Source: Balanoglossus misakiensis
Taxonomy: Eukaryota; Animalia; Hemichordata
Reading direction: 5' to 3'
Assembly (NCBI GenBank): GCA_040954595.2
Contig: CM082592.2
Coordinates: forward strand, 6,489,531 to 6,553,530
DNA: 64,000 bases
The first letter of the stretch is position 1. Each line of letters starts with the position of its first letter. The notes below the pieces were generated by a model, which was not told where the DNA came from, searched no databases, and saw only the letters and a list, made by a program, of their open reading frames with translations. Below are positions 1-15,904 of the stretch, one piece after another. The position numbers and the translations under genes are program-made.

Positions 1-69
1 CACAAAGGCACCCTCGATGAGTTCTTCACGTTGTTTAAGAAAATTCTGGGGGAGCTAAAAGCTGACTGA
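1..69 (+). CDS. 3' end of an upstream PLP-dependent group II decarboxylase paralogue (partial)
   Basis: Frame 1 reads HKGTLDEFFTLFKKILGELKAD*, clearly homologous to the C-terminus HKDTIDDFLALLKKYLAELKAE* of the two complete copies downstream. Confidence 0.85.
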   Translation, partial: HKGTLDEFFTLFKKILGELKAD

Positions 70-724
70 TTTATAAGTCTATCGCGTTATATTCTGGCTT
101 GGTATTACAGATTACTCGATCAGATGTGTGTATGATCTGGACACGATGCAGATGGCACAACGGACATTAAAATCAAATCATATTTGCCCAAATTGCACAG
201 TTGCAAACAGAAATCAAGTGGGATGGGGTAGTTTATCTTGAAGTGCAATCTACAAGTAATAATTTTTTGTCGTCGTTTTCTACATGTTACTATTTCGGTT
301 TGAATGTATTACATTAGCGTTGTTTTTGTGTGAATGGTGAATAAAATGTGGTGCGTGTTGATAGCTGTCAACATGGACAGGGACGGCCAGTCGGACCGCC
401 ATACATGATTAAAGGCTGCTCCCGTATATGCTTCAATTAATTTTCAGATTTGAATTTTCAGAGAGAAATGTGTGCCTCATTGCTTGGTGAAATTGAAAAT
501 TAAAACGAGTCTTTCGATATCAAACCATTTAGCAATCATAGCATTTGCTGGTACGTCGGGGCGTATACCTTTAAACTGCTCGCACACACACACACACACA
601 TACGCATCAAACAACACATTTCATTACCGTGACGTTAAATTTGGGGTCGTTTTATTGACATATATACTACTATTAACACCCAAACCAACATTTAATTCCT
701 TTGTCGGTTAACTCATTTTTGGCC

Positions 725-3065
725 TCATCCATAGTTGGGCCATGTCTGGATTTCGTTGTACAGCTCTTGTCCTGGGCACGAGGTGGCGTCGACGTCACGA
801 TGTCCCAACAGACGGTAGTTTGATATGATCTGGTTGTTGGCCACACCGCAGTCGATCAACTGTTGGCCAGCATTCAGTGCTTTCTCGTTAGGCTGGGGGA
901 AAAAAAGTTGAAAGGTCGGTTATCATATGTTTGGTGAGATTTTGGGCAGCTCATTTGATGCAATCACTGTTTCATTCCTTCGGTAGAATAACGCGCTTCA
1001 AAGTCATGCAGTATTGATTTTTTGTGTGCTCTAAATTGAGTCACCGTTGTTAAAATCACTTACCAGCACAGGGTCAAAATTACCGAGGTAGGAGATTGCG
1101 TGAGATATACTGTTGTATCCAGATGTGTGTGCACCAACCACTCCCCAGCCACGACCTTCGTACGCGTTACCATCTTCACCAACACAGAAACTGTAGCCAA
1201 TATCGTTCCATCCTGAGCAGTGCGGAAAAAGGGGGGATTTCAACACCTTGTAGTTGTACCTTCATCTTTCATTACCTACATAATATTATTTCGTTGCTTT
1301 CTTTTTCCACCCACTATAAAATTGAATGTTCACCTTTATGAACGCAAAGTTCAGGTAAGTTACGCAACTGTACGGTTACACGTGAAGCACCCCCACAGTT
1401 CATTTTCTCCTTCGAAAGGTGTACGTTTGTAATTTATTTTCTCATCCCAAACGTCTGTGTGTCTCTTTGCCTGTTTATATCTGCGTGTTGTGTTTTTGTC
1501 TGTGTCTGCGTATATGTGATGTCTGTGTCTTTGCTTGGGTGATTGGCCGCGTGTCACTGTCTGTCACTCACCCTGGCTGTCCATATGGTAGTTTTGGACT
1601 GAGCGCATTTCCGCACTGCATGCTGCAATATCATAGCACCTATTGCCAACGGTATGGTGGATGAACTGATAGTCCACTGGCGTTGACATGTAGCTGACAC
1701 TCCTCGCATCTCTGGCACCCCACTCTGCACGACTTACGAGACGAACCAGTCCACAATACTCCGCTGGACAGGAATGAGGTCAACCAGAAAAGGAAAATCA
1801 CAAAATCGGTTAGTTTCACCGGAACCGTCTCTGCAAGGCAACCAAGGGCAGTTTTGTGTGTGGAAAAACATGTATGCCAGGTGTACTCACGCTCTCCGTT
1901 GGGCACACAGCATCTCCGGTCTGCAGGGCCAGAACAGAGTCCATTCTGGTAGGATCCATCAGTGCAAGGCAGAGAGTCATCCTGACATGTGCCGCCCATG
2001 CTGGTGCAGGCCGAGTCGTCTGGTGTTGTGGAAGGGATGTCAAATGGTTACATCACACTAAAAGTTCAGGTAGGCCTATCTAGCTATCGGATGTTGCATG
2101 ATGTGTATTGGCAGTTGTCGCTCATTTTAAAATAAGCGTCTGCCACTTTAATTCCGGAATTCCCTGGAATTGCAACGTCTTTCCTGTAGACACTACTGTT
2201 TTTCACTTGTTGACATTCAAAGGCCAAAAGCCGCTTCTTTCGCATTATTTCCATGCGAGTTCAAACTAAACTTCGGAAGTCGTTGCCTTAACTTCCATCA
2301 TAGACCCTAGACTCTATGGTCTATGCTTCCATCAAACAAAAAATCGCAGAAAACCAATTCCAACCATGACTAAACCTCCGATAGTCTGTATGTCTTTCTT
2401 TCTTTCCGTTCGGAAAGGCTATGCGATCGTTCGATTTGGATAGCACACAAACCTCTTACCTCCTGGCGGTACACAACACCTCCTGTTTGCGGGTCCGTCG
2501 CATAACCCGCTCTCATACCATCCATCGCAGTGTAGATTGTCATCCTGGCACGTTCCACCCTTAGCAGTGCACTCGGTGTCGGCTAAAACAGACAGGTGTA
2601 TTACAACGTATAAAACAACTAGTTGGTGTTCACACGATATACTGAGAAGACGGCATGCTGTGCAGTTTCTGATAAGTCATCACTATAGCGGATCCGGATC
2701 CGGATGTATCTTTCTTGACCCGAGAAGCAAGATATTAAAAGAAATATGTCCATTGCTAGAGAAAAAACGACCCCTTCAATTCATTTTTCTAACCTTTTCT
2801 AACGGAAAATTTCATAAATGGTCAAACTGTAATAAGCTATTAATTATGTACATGTATATGCAATCGTAATTCCGAATCGCCAGTTTTTTTTTCTTTTCTG
2901 ACTGACAATCGCAGCCTGCGTCAAGTCCATGTCTATTTCACCTACGAAGTAACATATTTCGCGACTGAGGTTTGTATGCGATCGCGAACGATTAATGAAA
3001 AAACGGGGAACGAGTTTACCATATGCCGTCGCGACGATGCAAAGGACGAGAATAGTAGTCTTCAT
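725..3065 (-). CDS. Secreted peptidoglycan recognition protein (N-acetylmuramoyl-L-alanine amidase type) with two N-terminal Cys-rich defensin-like repeats
   Basis: Six GT-AG exons: 3065-3020 (signal peptide MKTTILVLCIVATAY), 2582-2460 and 2019-1891 (six-Cys repeats), 1763-1572 (VSRAEWGA...FIHHTVG...CSAEMRSVQNYHMDSQG), 1212-1064 (WNDIGYSFCVGEDGNAYEGRGWGVVGAHT), 892-725 (LLGHRDVDATSCPGQELYNEIQTWPNYG*). Frame is continuous across the junctions, and the amidase His/Tyr/His/Cys residues are all present. Confidence 0.93.
2155..2164 (-). promoter_or_regulatory. kappaB-like site (GGGAATTCCG) in a PGRP intron
   Basis: Near match to the GGGRNNYYCC consensus inside an immune gene; motif match only. 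Confidence 0.25.
2299..2325. mobile_element. 27-bp miniature inverted-repeat insertion with 7-bp target duplication
   Basis: CATAGACC...GGTCTATG inverted termini flanked by direct repeats CTTCCAT (2292-2298 and 2326-2332). Confidence 0.55.
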
Positions 3066-4668
3066 GGCTGGTCGACTCGGCAAAGATGTGAAGCGCGCTG
3101 AAGGTACTGTGCGGCCTCTGCGTCAACAGCCGCTGGCCTCATTTAGTATAGGGTCTCACGCTTCCAGGGGGGGGGGGGGGTTTCACTCAGAAACATCAAC
3201 CGGGGACTAGCTGATATTTTGATAGCTGATGATTATAGTTCCATCGTCATCGCGCGCGGCAATTATTCGTCAAAATGTTGGCGTCTTTGCCGCAAATCTC
3301 TTGCAAGTTGCAACTATACATGCGCGTCAAAATGTTGTCAAGTGCGCGCGCCCGTGAATGGGTGGGGAGTGAAACCCCCGGCTACTTTGCTTTTAACCGA
3401 CTTCTGACAACATCGACTGTCTCTGTCACATCTGCGATAGTGTTAAGTACATGGGAACCCAGCAGCTCGTCAAACATCACAAAATGGGTCTTTATCTTGT
3501 TTGGTGTTACATTTATATCCAAATATCACACCATCCATGGTTAATGTTTGCCAATCGTCCGGCGTCTGCAAAGTCGACATACATTGACGATGTTGACGGT
3601 TCTGATGAGCTGGAAACAGTTCGAAGTGAACTTCAAGCCGTTTATCGAGATATAATATGCAGGGGGCGAGGAACTGTTTTAGTTCATTTTTGGTTAGGAC
3701 AAATACATAACATGTGCAGACGATGCCGGTATATGAAGGTTGGGCCCTAAACAACATAGATTCTTTGTCGCATCCCCGCCTGTCAGATTTTATCTCCAGG
3801 CGCACCTGTTCCTGTCTGTTGTACTAATGCATGACCTTTCTGTTGTACTAATGCATGGCCTACTTTAGAAAGTCAAACAGAAAATGATACAACGATGGAA
3901 GGACGATTGAGGGCCACAGACAGAAAATAGTCTGCACTTTAGAAACGGTTATTGGGTCATTCAAGCAAGTTAGTGGGTCATGCAAACTTAAGCGCATCTG
4001 TACATATTGTATAGAGTTCAATTTGATTGTAACGCGAATTACCACTCAAAATGGCTGACAACGACTACGTGCTTATTATACAGTACAATGTGATACAGGG
4101 ACTGTGGCACAATTCAATTTGGATGAAGTGCGAAATATCGCCCCCCTAAGTAGGTGACCCCCTTATACGTGTTAATGGCCCCACACTGTGTCCGATGTAT
4201 ATAAAGGAATGTGTGTCACGTGATATTCTAAAATACCCCATGCTCATAAATGCAATATGTTAACAATATGAATTTACTCGTGGATATATTTACCGAGCAT
4301 CAAAATTAGAAACATGATATGGGACTGTTCACAGTTTCTCAACAAGCGAAATTTCAGCGTTTTTGCAAAGCAAAATCCTATTCATTAAGCGAACAATCGG
4401 CAGGGAATTAATTACAGTGCATTATGGAACAGTCGAAATAACGTACATTGGTAAAGCGTTGTGTAACGTTGCATTGCATTATGTACGCTGTGTACCGTGC
4501 ACATTCTCTTTTGTTCACAAATGTGATTATATATATTCAAGTGACTATTGTTTACAACTGATGATGCCCTGAAAACAATTAACAATTACGGTTCTTACAA
4601 AAGACCGCACCAATGACGTGACACTTTCTCCACGCGGGAGAGCTTCACATTTAACTGGGTGATATGCA

Positions 4669-4675
4669 TATAAAA
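4669..4675 (+). promoter_or_regulatory. Candidate TATA box of decarboxylase copy 1
   Basis: TATAAAA about 150 bp upstream of the ATG at 4825. Confidence 0.35.
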
Positions 4676-4824
4676 GGTAGAGAATAATGACTCGGAAATT
4701 ATCGCCAAACTGATTGGATGATCTCGGCATAAAAACTGCCGTCAAGAGAATTTTTTGGTCCATATCGCGACACGGCCAATTAAGCCACGGTTCCTCCTCC
4801 ATCACTGTGAATAAGCGTATAGAC

Positions 4825-7800
4825 ATGGAAAACGGCGAGCCGCAGTTGGGAAGCCGTTACTCCAGCCAGGAACGTCGAATTTTATGTGACAAAATCGTCG
4901 ACTTTGCTGAGAATTACCTACGGAGAGTGGAACGAGCTGAAATACCGAGCTTCCGAATGAAAGAGGGCAAGGCGGCCGGTTTGCTGGACTGCGCGTTTGA
5001 TGACCCTCCCAAAGATATTGGTAGGTATGCTTCTGGTTCACCGTAACTTTAAAAACTGAGCTGTTCCGCATCTCAACCGTCCCAAACATCGTTTCACCCT
5101 AACACCATTTTGTACCGAAATTACTTGGCTCTCTCTGTGCATATCTTGAAACGGCGTTACGCACGTAATGTGAGGTATGTACAGGTGCCCCAGAAGGCTA
5201 CCTGCGACCGAAAGTGCGAGTCGCACTTTTGCGCATGCGACAAGTCGTATGGTGGTACACATTCGTGTTGGAACACTTGTTAACATTTTCCATTATAGCC
5301 ACATTCTCACAAATCAGAGGTTTATTAAATTCCTCTTCGGTAACAGAATGTAGCATTGGAACGATTACGCGGTACCCACACTTTGGCTGAATGTGTTTCT
5401 GATACACGTAATTCTTTGTTTAACTTACAGTTACGTCATTTCAAATGATCACAATTATCTTGTTTTCGTGGTGAGGTAGATAATACGGGCACACCCATAT
5501 TTGACCAAAACGATCTCTAATTACATTTTGCTTGTTGACTTGCAGAGAGGGAGGGGAGGGGTCCGTTAGAATCGGTTTAGAAATGATAAATACTCAACCC
5601 GTTTATAGTACGATGCCGTACTGTTATTTCCAGGCAGTCTTAATGTTCATTTCATTGTTTTGGAACCCGGCCCAATTGGTGTTAGAAAGAATTGAAATAT
5701 TCAGATATGTTCTGACTTCATAGGTTTGAGAAGACAGAGCGAATGCTCTTTTGTATTACTTAACGAACCCCACACCTTGTCTTTTGCACGACAGATTCTC
5801 TCCTGTCGGTGATTGAAGAACATGTGATTGGTTCAGGTATCGAATTTAACCGCCACACCACTATGGGTACCATACCAGGGGGTGGCACATACCTAGCAGC
5901 TCTCGGGGACTACCTTGCAGCAGTTCTCAATCGATTCACAGGTATGTAGCTATATAGGCACCTTGGCGACCCCTGGATGATCTTCTATCCCACTGATTAT
6001 GAAAGCATGGCATCAATCAACGATATTATACAACACTCTTTATTCATGCTATTGTAACAAAGGTCGCATTTGTGTTCTAGCATAAGTGGGGGGGGGGGGG
6101 GGCTGACTAATCACTGACAGATTTCCTTTAGAAAACTCAGACACGCCCTTCGTGATGCATTTGGATTTATAATGTACGAATCCCCGTGCCCACCAACAAC
6201 ACTTCAATTTTCACTTTCCTACAGCTGATTTCGCATCTTGTCCCGGTGCTGTCCGTATGGAGAACATGGTGATATCTTGGACAGCGAAGCTCTTCAACTT
6301 CCCAGGCGGCTTCGCTGGAAATTTGGTCTCGGGCGGCTCATCAGGGACATTACTGTCCTTCTTGACTGCAAGACAGAGCAAAGGATTGAGGGGCGAAGAC
6401 TTTAAACGGTAGGTTGATGCATCCATCTCGCCCCGGGGTCTACGGTGTATCCATTCTCCGTACTGAGATTGTAGCTAACCTGGCTAGGAAGACTGGCCGC
6501 ACCAATATATATTGGTACATCAAATCTTTGAGCGTATCTTATGACCAAAGGACTAGTATATTACATGTAAGCCACTATCGCGGCTGATTGACAATATTTT
6601 TATCACATTTTTGTTACTGGTAGTTAAACGTATCTCTACATCAAGAAACATGATAATTTTCCTCGCAGGGTTGTTGTGTACATGACCAGTATGGCCCATA
6701 AATGTGCACAGATATGTCTGACGACAGTTGGTCTGTTTGAAGCCATAATCAGAAAAGTACCGATGGACGATAACTTCAGAATGGATTCTTGTGCCCTGAG
6801 AGATTTGATCAGAAGGGACAGCGAGGTACGTACTATAGGAACTGTTGCCGATATATGATAAAACACGCGCAAGTATTGGAGATTTTCTTGTTTGTTTGTT
6901 TGTTTGTTTGTTTGTTTGTATGCAGCCTGGGAAGACAGCAAGTGACGTAGATTCAGATTCGCGAACAGATTTCTCGAGGATTACTCCGTACAACGTTGTG
7001 TAGGCCTAAGAATAAACTATTACCGACAATTTTTGTTTATAAATAGAAGCGATATCAACAAGTCTTGGCTTCACACATTCGCCATTTGGTGAACCCGTCC
7101 ATTTGTCTACCGAAGTATAAGTGCTTTTTGTCACCATATATTTTCTACAGGCAGGTCTGTTGCCGTTCCTCGTGGTGGCAACCACCGGCACCACTGACAT
7201 AGGTGCTGTGGATCCCATAGAAGAAATCGCCGATGTGGCGGAGGAATACAATCTGTGGTTCCACGTGGATGCTGCGTATGGCGGTTACTTCGTTCTTGTG
7301 GAAGAATTGGAGGACTACTTTAAAGGGGTCAACAGGGCCGATTCAATGATCCTTGACCCCCACAAAAGTAGGTTTCATTTCAAACAAATATGTCTCGTGT
7401 ACAGATGTTGTCTTATTTCAAGTCAAGTGAGTGATTTTGAGATCAAATTCCTGATGGTTGTGTAAGGGCGCTATAGAGACTGTTCAAAATAGGCGGTTAA
7501 CTTTTCAATCGTTCCGCATCATCCAGTGGCTATAGGCACAGTCATGGGCAAATGCGTGGACCGGTTTCTTTTCAACATGACACCCCTTCCAGTGTATTCT
7601 AAGTCTGGCCACCCAGACCAGCAGTGATATCATCGTGTAACTATTTGAACTTGTTCTTGACACACCCAGGTCTGCACGTTCCCTGGGGGACCAGCGTTGT
7701 CATCGTCAGAGATGGTCACAAGCTACGAGATGCCATACGGGGGTCTAATGAACAACCGGCCATACCAGGATATTTACAAGAGCATGGCGGGTATTTTGAG

Positions 7801-8683
7801 GAGTCCCCGAGGGATCTGACATTTGAATTGACAAAACATAATAGGTATATTGAGTCATTAATATACATAATGTAAATGAATACAGATTTAAAGAAATTGT
7901 GTACAACGGCTATTCTGCCTGTGTTCGAAATCGGATGATACCACATTTGTTGCGGGGGGGGGGAGACTTAATGGAGTATAAGACGGATTTCGAGAGGCGT
8001 AGCTTTAACAAAATACATGTACACAATCTGAAAGAAATGTATGAGTTATTAACATTACAAAACATCTTCCCCCCTAGGGCACTGCGAGTGTGGTTGCCAC
8101 TGCAGTTTTATGGAGTGGCGGCATTCCGTGAATCTCTGACAGAAAAGATCCAGCTTACTCGATACGCATACCAGAGTATCAAAGGTTTGTGTTAATCGTT
8201 TATTTTACTTTAATTATGTCGATCTGCCTCCATGCAATCATGAGGCGTATAGAAGTTATCATTTTGGCTTACTTGGTCGATTGTGGTTAATGAGCTGTTA
8301 AAAATGTGAAGTCTCCAAAATTTCCGACACAAAGTTGTGTAACTGATAACATGTTATACCACTTGAAGTTGTTCAAATGAAACAATCGATGTCTTTCTTC
8401 GTTGTCTTCGCCAGAAATACCCGGATTCAAAGTCGACTGTCCACCACAGTTGACTATCATGACGTTCCACTATGAAACGGGTGATGACAAGTGTAATGAA
8501 ACGTTCAACACGGCCATCAGAGAGAAGATTGTAGCGGACGGTACTTTCTACGTGTCCTCGACGAGAATCCGTGGACAATTCCGACTTCGAGTGTGCATTC
8601 TTCATTTGTGCACTCACAAAGACACCATCGATGACTTCCTGGCGTTGCTCAAGAAATATCTGGCCGAACTCAAGGCTGAGTAA
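4825..8683 (+). CDS. PLP-dependent group II (aromatic-L-amino-acid-decarboxylase-like) decarboxylase, copy 1
   Basis: Eight GT-AG exons: 4825-5020, 5795-5941, 6225-6408, 6669-6825, 7151-7367, 7670-7844, 8078-8184, 8415-8683. Motifs IPGGG, SGGS, AH, ATTGTTDIGAVDP, WFHVDAAYGG, DPHK (PLP lysine), RALRVWL. The frame is intact. Confidence 0.93.
6889..6918. repeat. (GTTT)n microsatellite
   Basis: Visible tandem repeat in an intron. Confidence 0.85.
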
Positions 8684-8946
8684 ACGATCCTCACACATTT
8701 TCTGTCCTATAGTTTCCCACTGTGTAGACAAAGTGGACTGACGAACTTAAAAACCAAGTTCATAGTCGGAGTCCATTTGATAACCAGGCAGACACATTCG
8801 AGGAAAACAATCATTAAAAACCAGACGACAAGAAAAGCAACGGAAGAAAAGTACCTTTAAAAGAAACCAGCTCTGTTTGCACCGTCAATACAATGTTCCC
8901 GGACACTTGAACGACACACTCCTCACAGTTGAGCCCTAGAACTCTC

Positions 8947-9432
8947 CTATAACTTTTTACTTGCCATTCTCTCGTACATGGGCATGCAATCGTCTGCAAA
9001 CTGTACCAGCTTTTCTGGGAGGTTTGTCAAGTCGATATCGGTGTCAGACGATGGGTGGAAACGAGAACTGTCTATTGCCTTTTTGAAAAACAGCTCAGTG
9101 TATTCGGAGGTCTTCATGGAAAGTGGGAAATGGTCTATGTTTCCCGGTTCCCACTTGACAAACGATTCACAGAATGGCAGCCCTGTCGCTTTACAGTGCT
9201 TCTCTAAAGTCTCCCTGGGCGAATTGGCCAAATCTGCCGAGTCGACGACGATTGGGGGCGCTTCCATTTCCTCGGTGACATATCCATACAGGTTGAACAA
9301 ACTTTCGCAAATAAATATGTAAATGCACCAAGAATGGCTGTATACATTATGGCATTGGCATCGTGGTGTTATTTATAGCAACTCGGAACAATGAAAGTAT
9401 CAACGCCCTGGGTTGCGAATAAGAAAAGTGTT
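8947..9432 (-). pseudogene. 5'-truncated pseudogene of the sulfotransferase-fold gene
   Basis: 8947-9300 is almost identical to 14107-14460. 9300-9432 still aligns (NTFLIRNP) but has frameshifts and stops. No N-terminal WSHARSRST region is recognisable upstream. Confidence 0.85.
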
Positions 9433-9947
9433 TGATAAGGCCAGTGAATACGACTTGTAGGCATGGGGAACACCTTTTTGAAGAAAACACGAATTGATTA
9501 TACTAGTATTTGATTTCATTTTTTTTATTAAACTAAAGAATGATGGTAGTCTAGTTACTAGTATATGCATGCATGCGATAGTATGTAAAGATAAGAATGG
9601 GTGTCTGGCTTTACCCATTCATGTTGCCTATGGGACTAGAGGGCGAACATGGCCTAATCTATAAATGAATATCAATATGTCTCGGTAAAGCACATACAGC
9701 TATTATTATAGTCATTGATAGATGCGAGCCAGCTTTGAGTCGAGTGAAGGGGCTGTATGGAGGCAACACAGCCCTGGTGCACGCAGAGGTAGATGCGGCC
9801 ACACCTACATTTGTGAGTTGGTCCATATCGTGGGCAACTCGTGAGCGTGACCTAGCTGTGGAAACGCAGCTGGGGTAATTAGCATATCGTCCCCCCCCCC
9901 CCCCCGCTGCTATACGTGACCCAAACCCCATCATATGTACTAAAGAC

Positions 9948-13808
<3,861 letters not shown>

Positions 13809-14106
13809 ACGATCCTCACACATTTTCTGTCCTATAGTTTCCCACTGTGTAGACAAAGTGGACTGACGAACTTAAAAACCAAGTTCATAGTCGGAGTCCA
13901 TTTGATAATCAGGCACACACATTCGAGGAAAACAATCATCAATAACCAGACGACAAGAAAAGCAACGGAAGAAAAGAACCTTTAAAAGAAAGATAGTATT
14001 TTTTCGCGCCTCTACCAACCAGCTCGCTCTATTTGCACCGTCAATACAATGTTCCCGGACACTTGAACGATACACTCTTCACAGCTAAGTCTTAGATCTC
14101 TATCTC

Positions 14107-14931
14107 CTATAGCTTTTTGCTTGCCATTCTCTCGTACATGGGCATGCAATCGTCTGCAAACTGTACCAGCTTCTCCGGGAGGTTTGTCAAGTCGATGTCG
14201 GTGTCAGACGATGGGTGGAAACAAGAACTGTCTATTGCCTTTTTGAAAAACAGCTTAGTGTATTCGGAGGTCTTCATGGAAAGTGGGAAATGGTCTATGT
14301 TTCCCGGTTCCCACTTGACAAACGATTCACAGAATGGCAGCCCTGTCGCTTTACAGTACTTCTCTAAAGTCTCCCTGGGCGAATTGGCCAAATCTGCCGA
14401 GTCAACGACGATTGGGGGCGCTTCCAATTCCTCGGTGACATATCTATACAGGTTGAATAAACTTTCGTAACCAGATGTGTTAATGCACCACGAAATGGCT
14501 GCATCCGTGTCCACTGACGGCGTGGACATCGTGATGTTATTAGTACATGTAATCCGGAACGAGGAAAGTATGGAGGCCCTGGGATTGCGAATAAGGAAAG
14601 TGTTGACGTACCCCCCTGGAATGTACTGGTAGCGACCCCTGCCCCCCGAAAAGTTATCCTTTACGAAAACGGCCGTTTTCCCCGGGAATGGTTGTTCCAG
14701 CATCTTCTGCACGTCCACATACTTGTACCCAGGTACGGGTGGTTCTTGGCGCAAAGTCGTCTGGATGTGTCGTTCTTCGCCGACGCAGTAGGCCATGACA
14801 AAAGGTTCGTGAATGACATGGATGTTTTTGTCCGACGCGATTGCGAGTTCAAACGCGGTTGATCTCGACCTGGCGTGCGACCACAGGATCACACGAGTTT
14901 GCGGTTGCCATTCGGTTGAACTTGCCGCCAT
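14107..14931 (-). CDS. P-loop sulfotransferase-fold protein (family often annotated 'branched-chain-amino-acid aminotransferase-like' / Sulfotransfer_5), intronless CDS
   Basis: MAASSTEWQPQTRVILWSHARSRSTAFE...HEPF...FVKD...TFLIRNP...PIVVDSADL..P..TL..YC...GLPF....W. The [P/A]RSxST 5'-PSB-like loop and LIRNP 3'-PB-like motif are typical of the sulfotransferase fold. First in-frame ATG is at 14931. Confidence 0.85.
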   Translation of the reverse strand: MAASSTEWQPQTRVILWSHARSRSTAFELAIASDKNIHVIHEPFVMAYCVGEERHIQTTLRQEPPVPGYKYVDVQKMLEQPFPGKTAVFVKDNFSGGRGRYQYIPGGYVNTFLIRNPRASILSSFRITCTNNITMSTPSVDTDAAISWCINTSGYESLFNLYRYVTEELEAPPIVVDSADLANSPRETLEKYCKATGLPFCESFVKWEPGNIDHFPLSMKTSEYTKLFFKKAIDSSCFHPSSDTDIDLTNLPEKLVQFADDCMPMYERMASKKL

Positions 14932-15295
14932 GTTTTGGGTCACAGCGTCGGGGTAGCTGAGAAATAAACCGAGGAATCTTATCTCCCTAGGCGTAACGTG
15001 TTGTCGCGACCCTGACCCATTTGTCTGGCTCACTCGGGGAGTTCACCGGCCTTGTCCTCGTTTGCCAGTATAATCATGTCTGTCATTGGCTAAATTACAT
15101 GTATCATGGAGGTACCTCCATGCATGTATCAAGTGTTCTAATTCGTGGGGATATATTTCTCTCGTGTGAGTATTCTAAAATTAAAAAAAAAATACTTATC
15201 GTTTGCAATGTATAATATGCGGGTAGGGCAAGGGGGTGTATTGCACATATGTATATAGGTAATAATAGTATTCATCGTGCGACGGTAGCTCTGCG

Positions 15296-15403
15296 TACAG
15301 GTTAGCTGTCGCAGCTGTACCGTTGGCGGGGGGGGGGTGCTGATTACCCCACAATCAGCCCCCCCCCCCCCCAATGGTACAGCTGCGTACCACAGCTACG
15401 TAC
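15296..15403. repeat. Imperfect palindrome with G-run and C-run arms
   Basis: CGCAGCTGTACCGTTGG-G(n)-GCTGATT ... AATCAGC-C(n)-CCAATGGTACAGCTGCG. Confidence 0.7.
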
Positions 15404-15904
15404 AGGTCTGTGTGTTCCCGGCGTTACACGGCCTCCACCACAGCCCTGCAAAGTAGTCTGGTTCCCTGCCCCAATCCCACCGCTGGCTACGCTACGCTAA
15501 AGTGCCGCACCCGTTAATCAGCGGCCTCCATACAAACAGTACGCAGCTATCCTATCGTGGTGTGCGTCGCCAAGAGATAACAAACTGATGCACATAAAAG
15601 TAATATGGCTTAATGGTGAGGATTTTAAAGGATAGGCAATAGATTTGAAGTATTTTAATGTGGAAAAAAGTGAAATTTGGCAGCTCTAGGGGCTTTAATA
15701 GTTTTGTATAATGATAGCTTTTCCAATTCAGGGAAAAGATCTCCGGCGGACTACATTGTTTTTATGACAACTTTTGACAATTATACTCATACATAAATTA
15801 AACGGTCTTCATAAATCCTGTATATTCTGATATCTTTTGAAATGTGGACTATTTCCTTGAATTAACCTTCAACACAGAAGAAAACCGAGAACTTTTGCAA
15901 ATAT

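Noticed and set aside
8978-9322. Plus-strand ORFs overlapping the sulfotransferase copies (also 14117-14470, 16095-16421)
   Set aside because: Antisense shadows of the minus-strand coding sequences.
14932-15033. N-terminal extension of the 308-aa sulfotransferase ORF
   Set aside because: Begins at a non-ATG codon and has no counterpart in the paralogue; an acceptor-like site suggests 5' UTR or intron.
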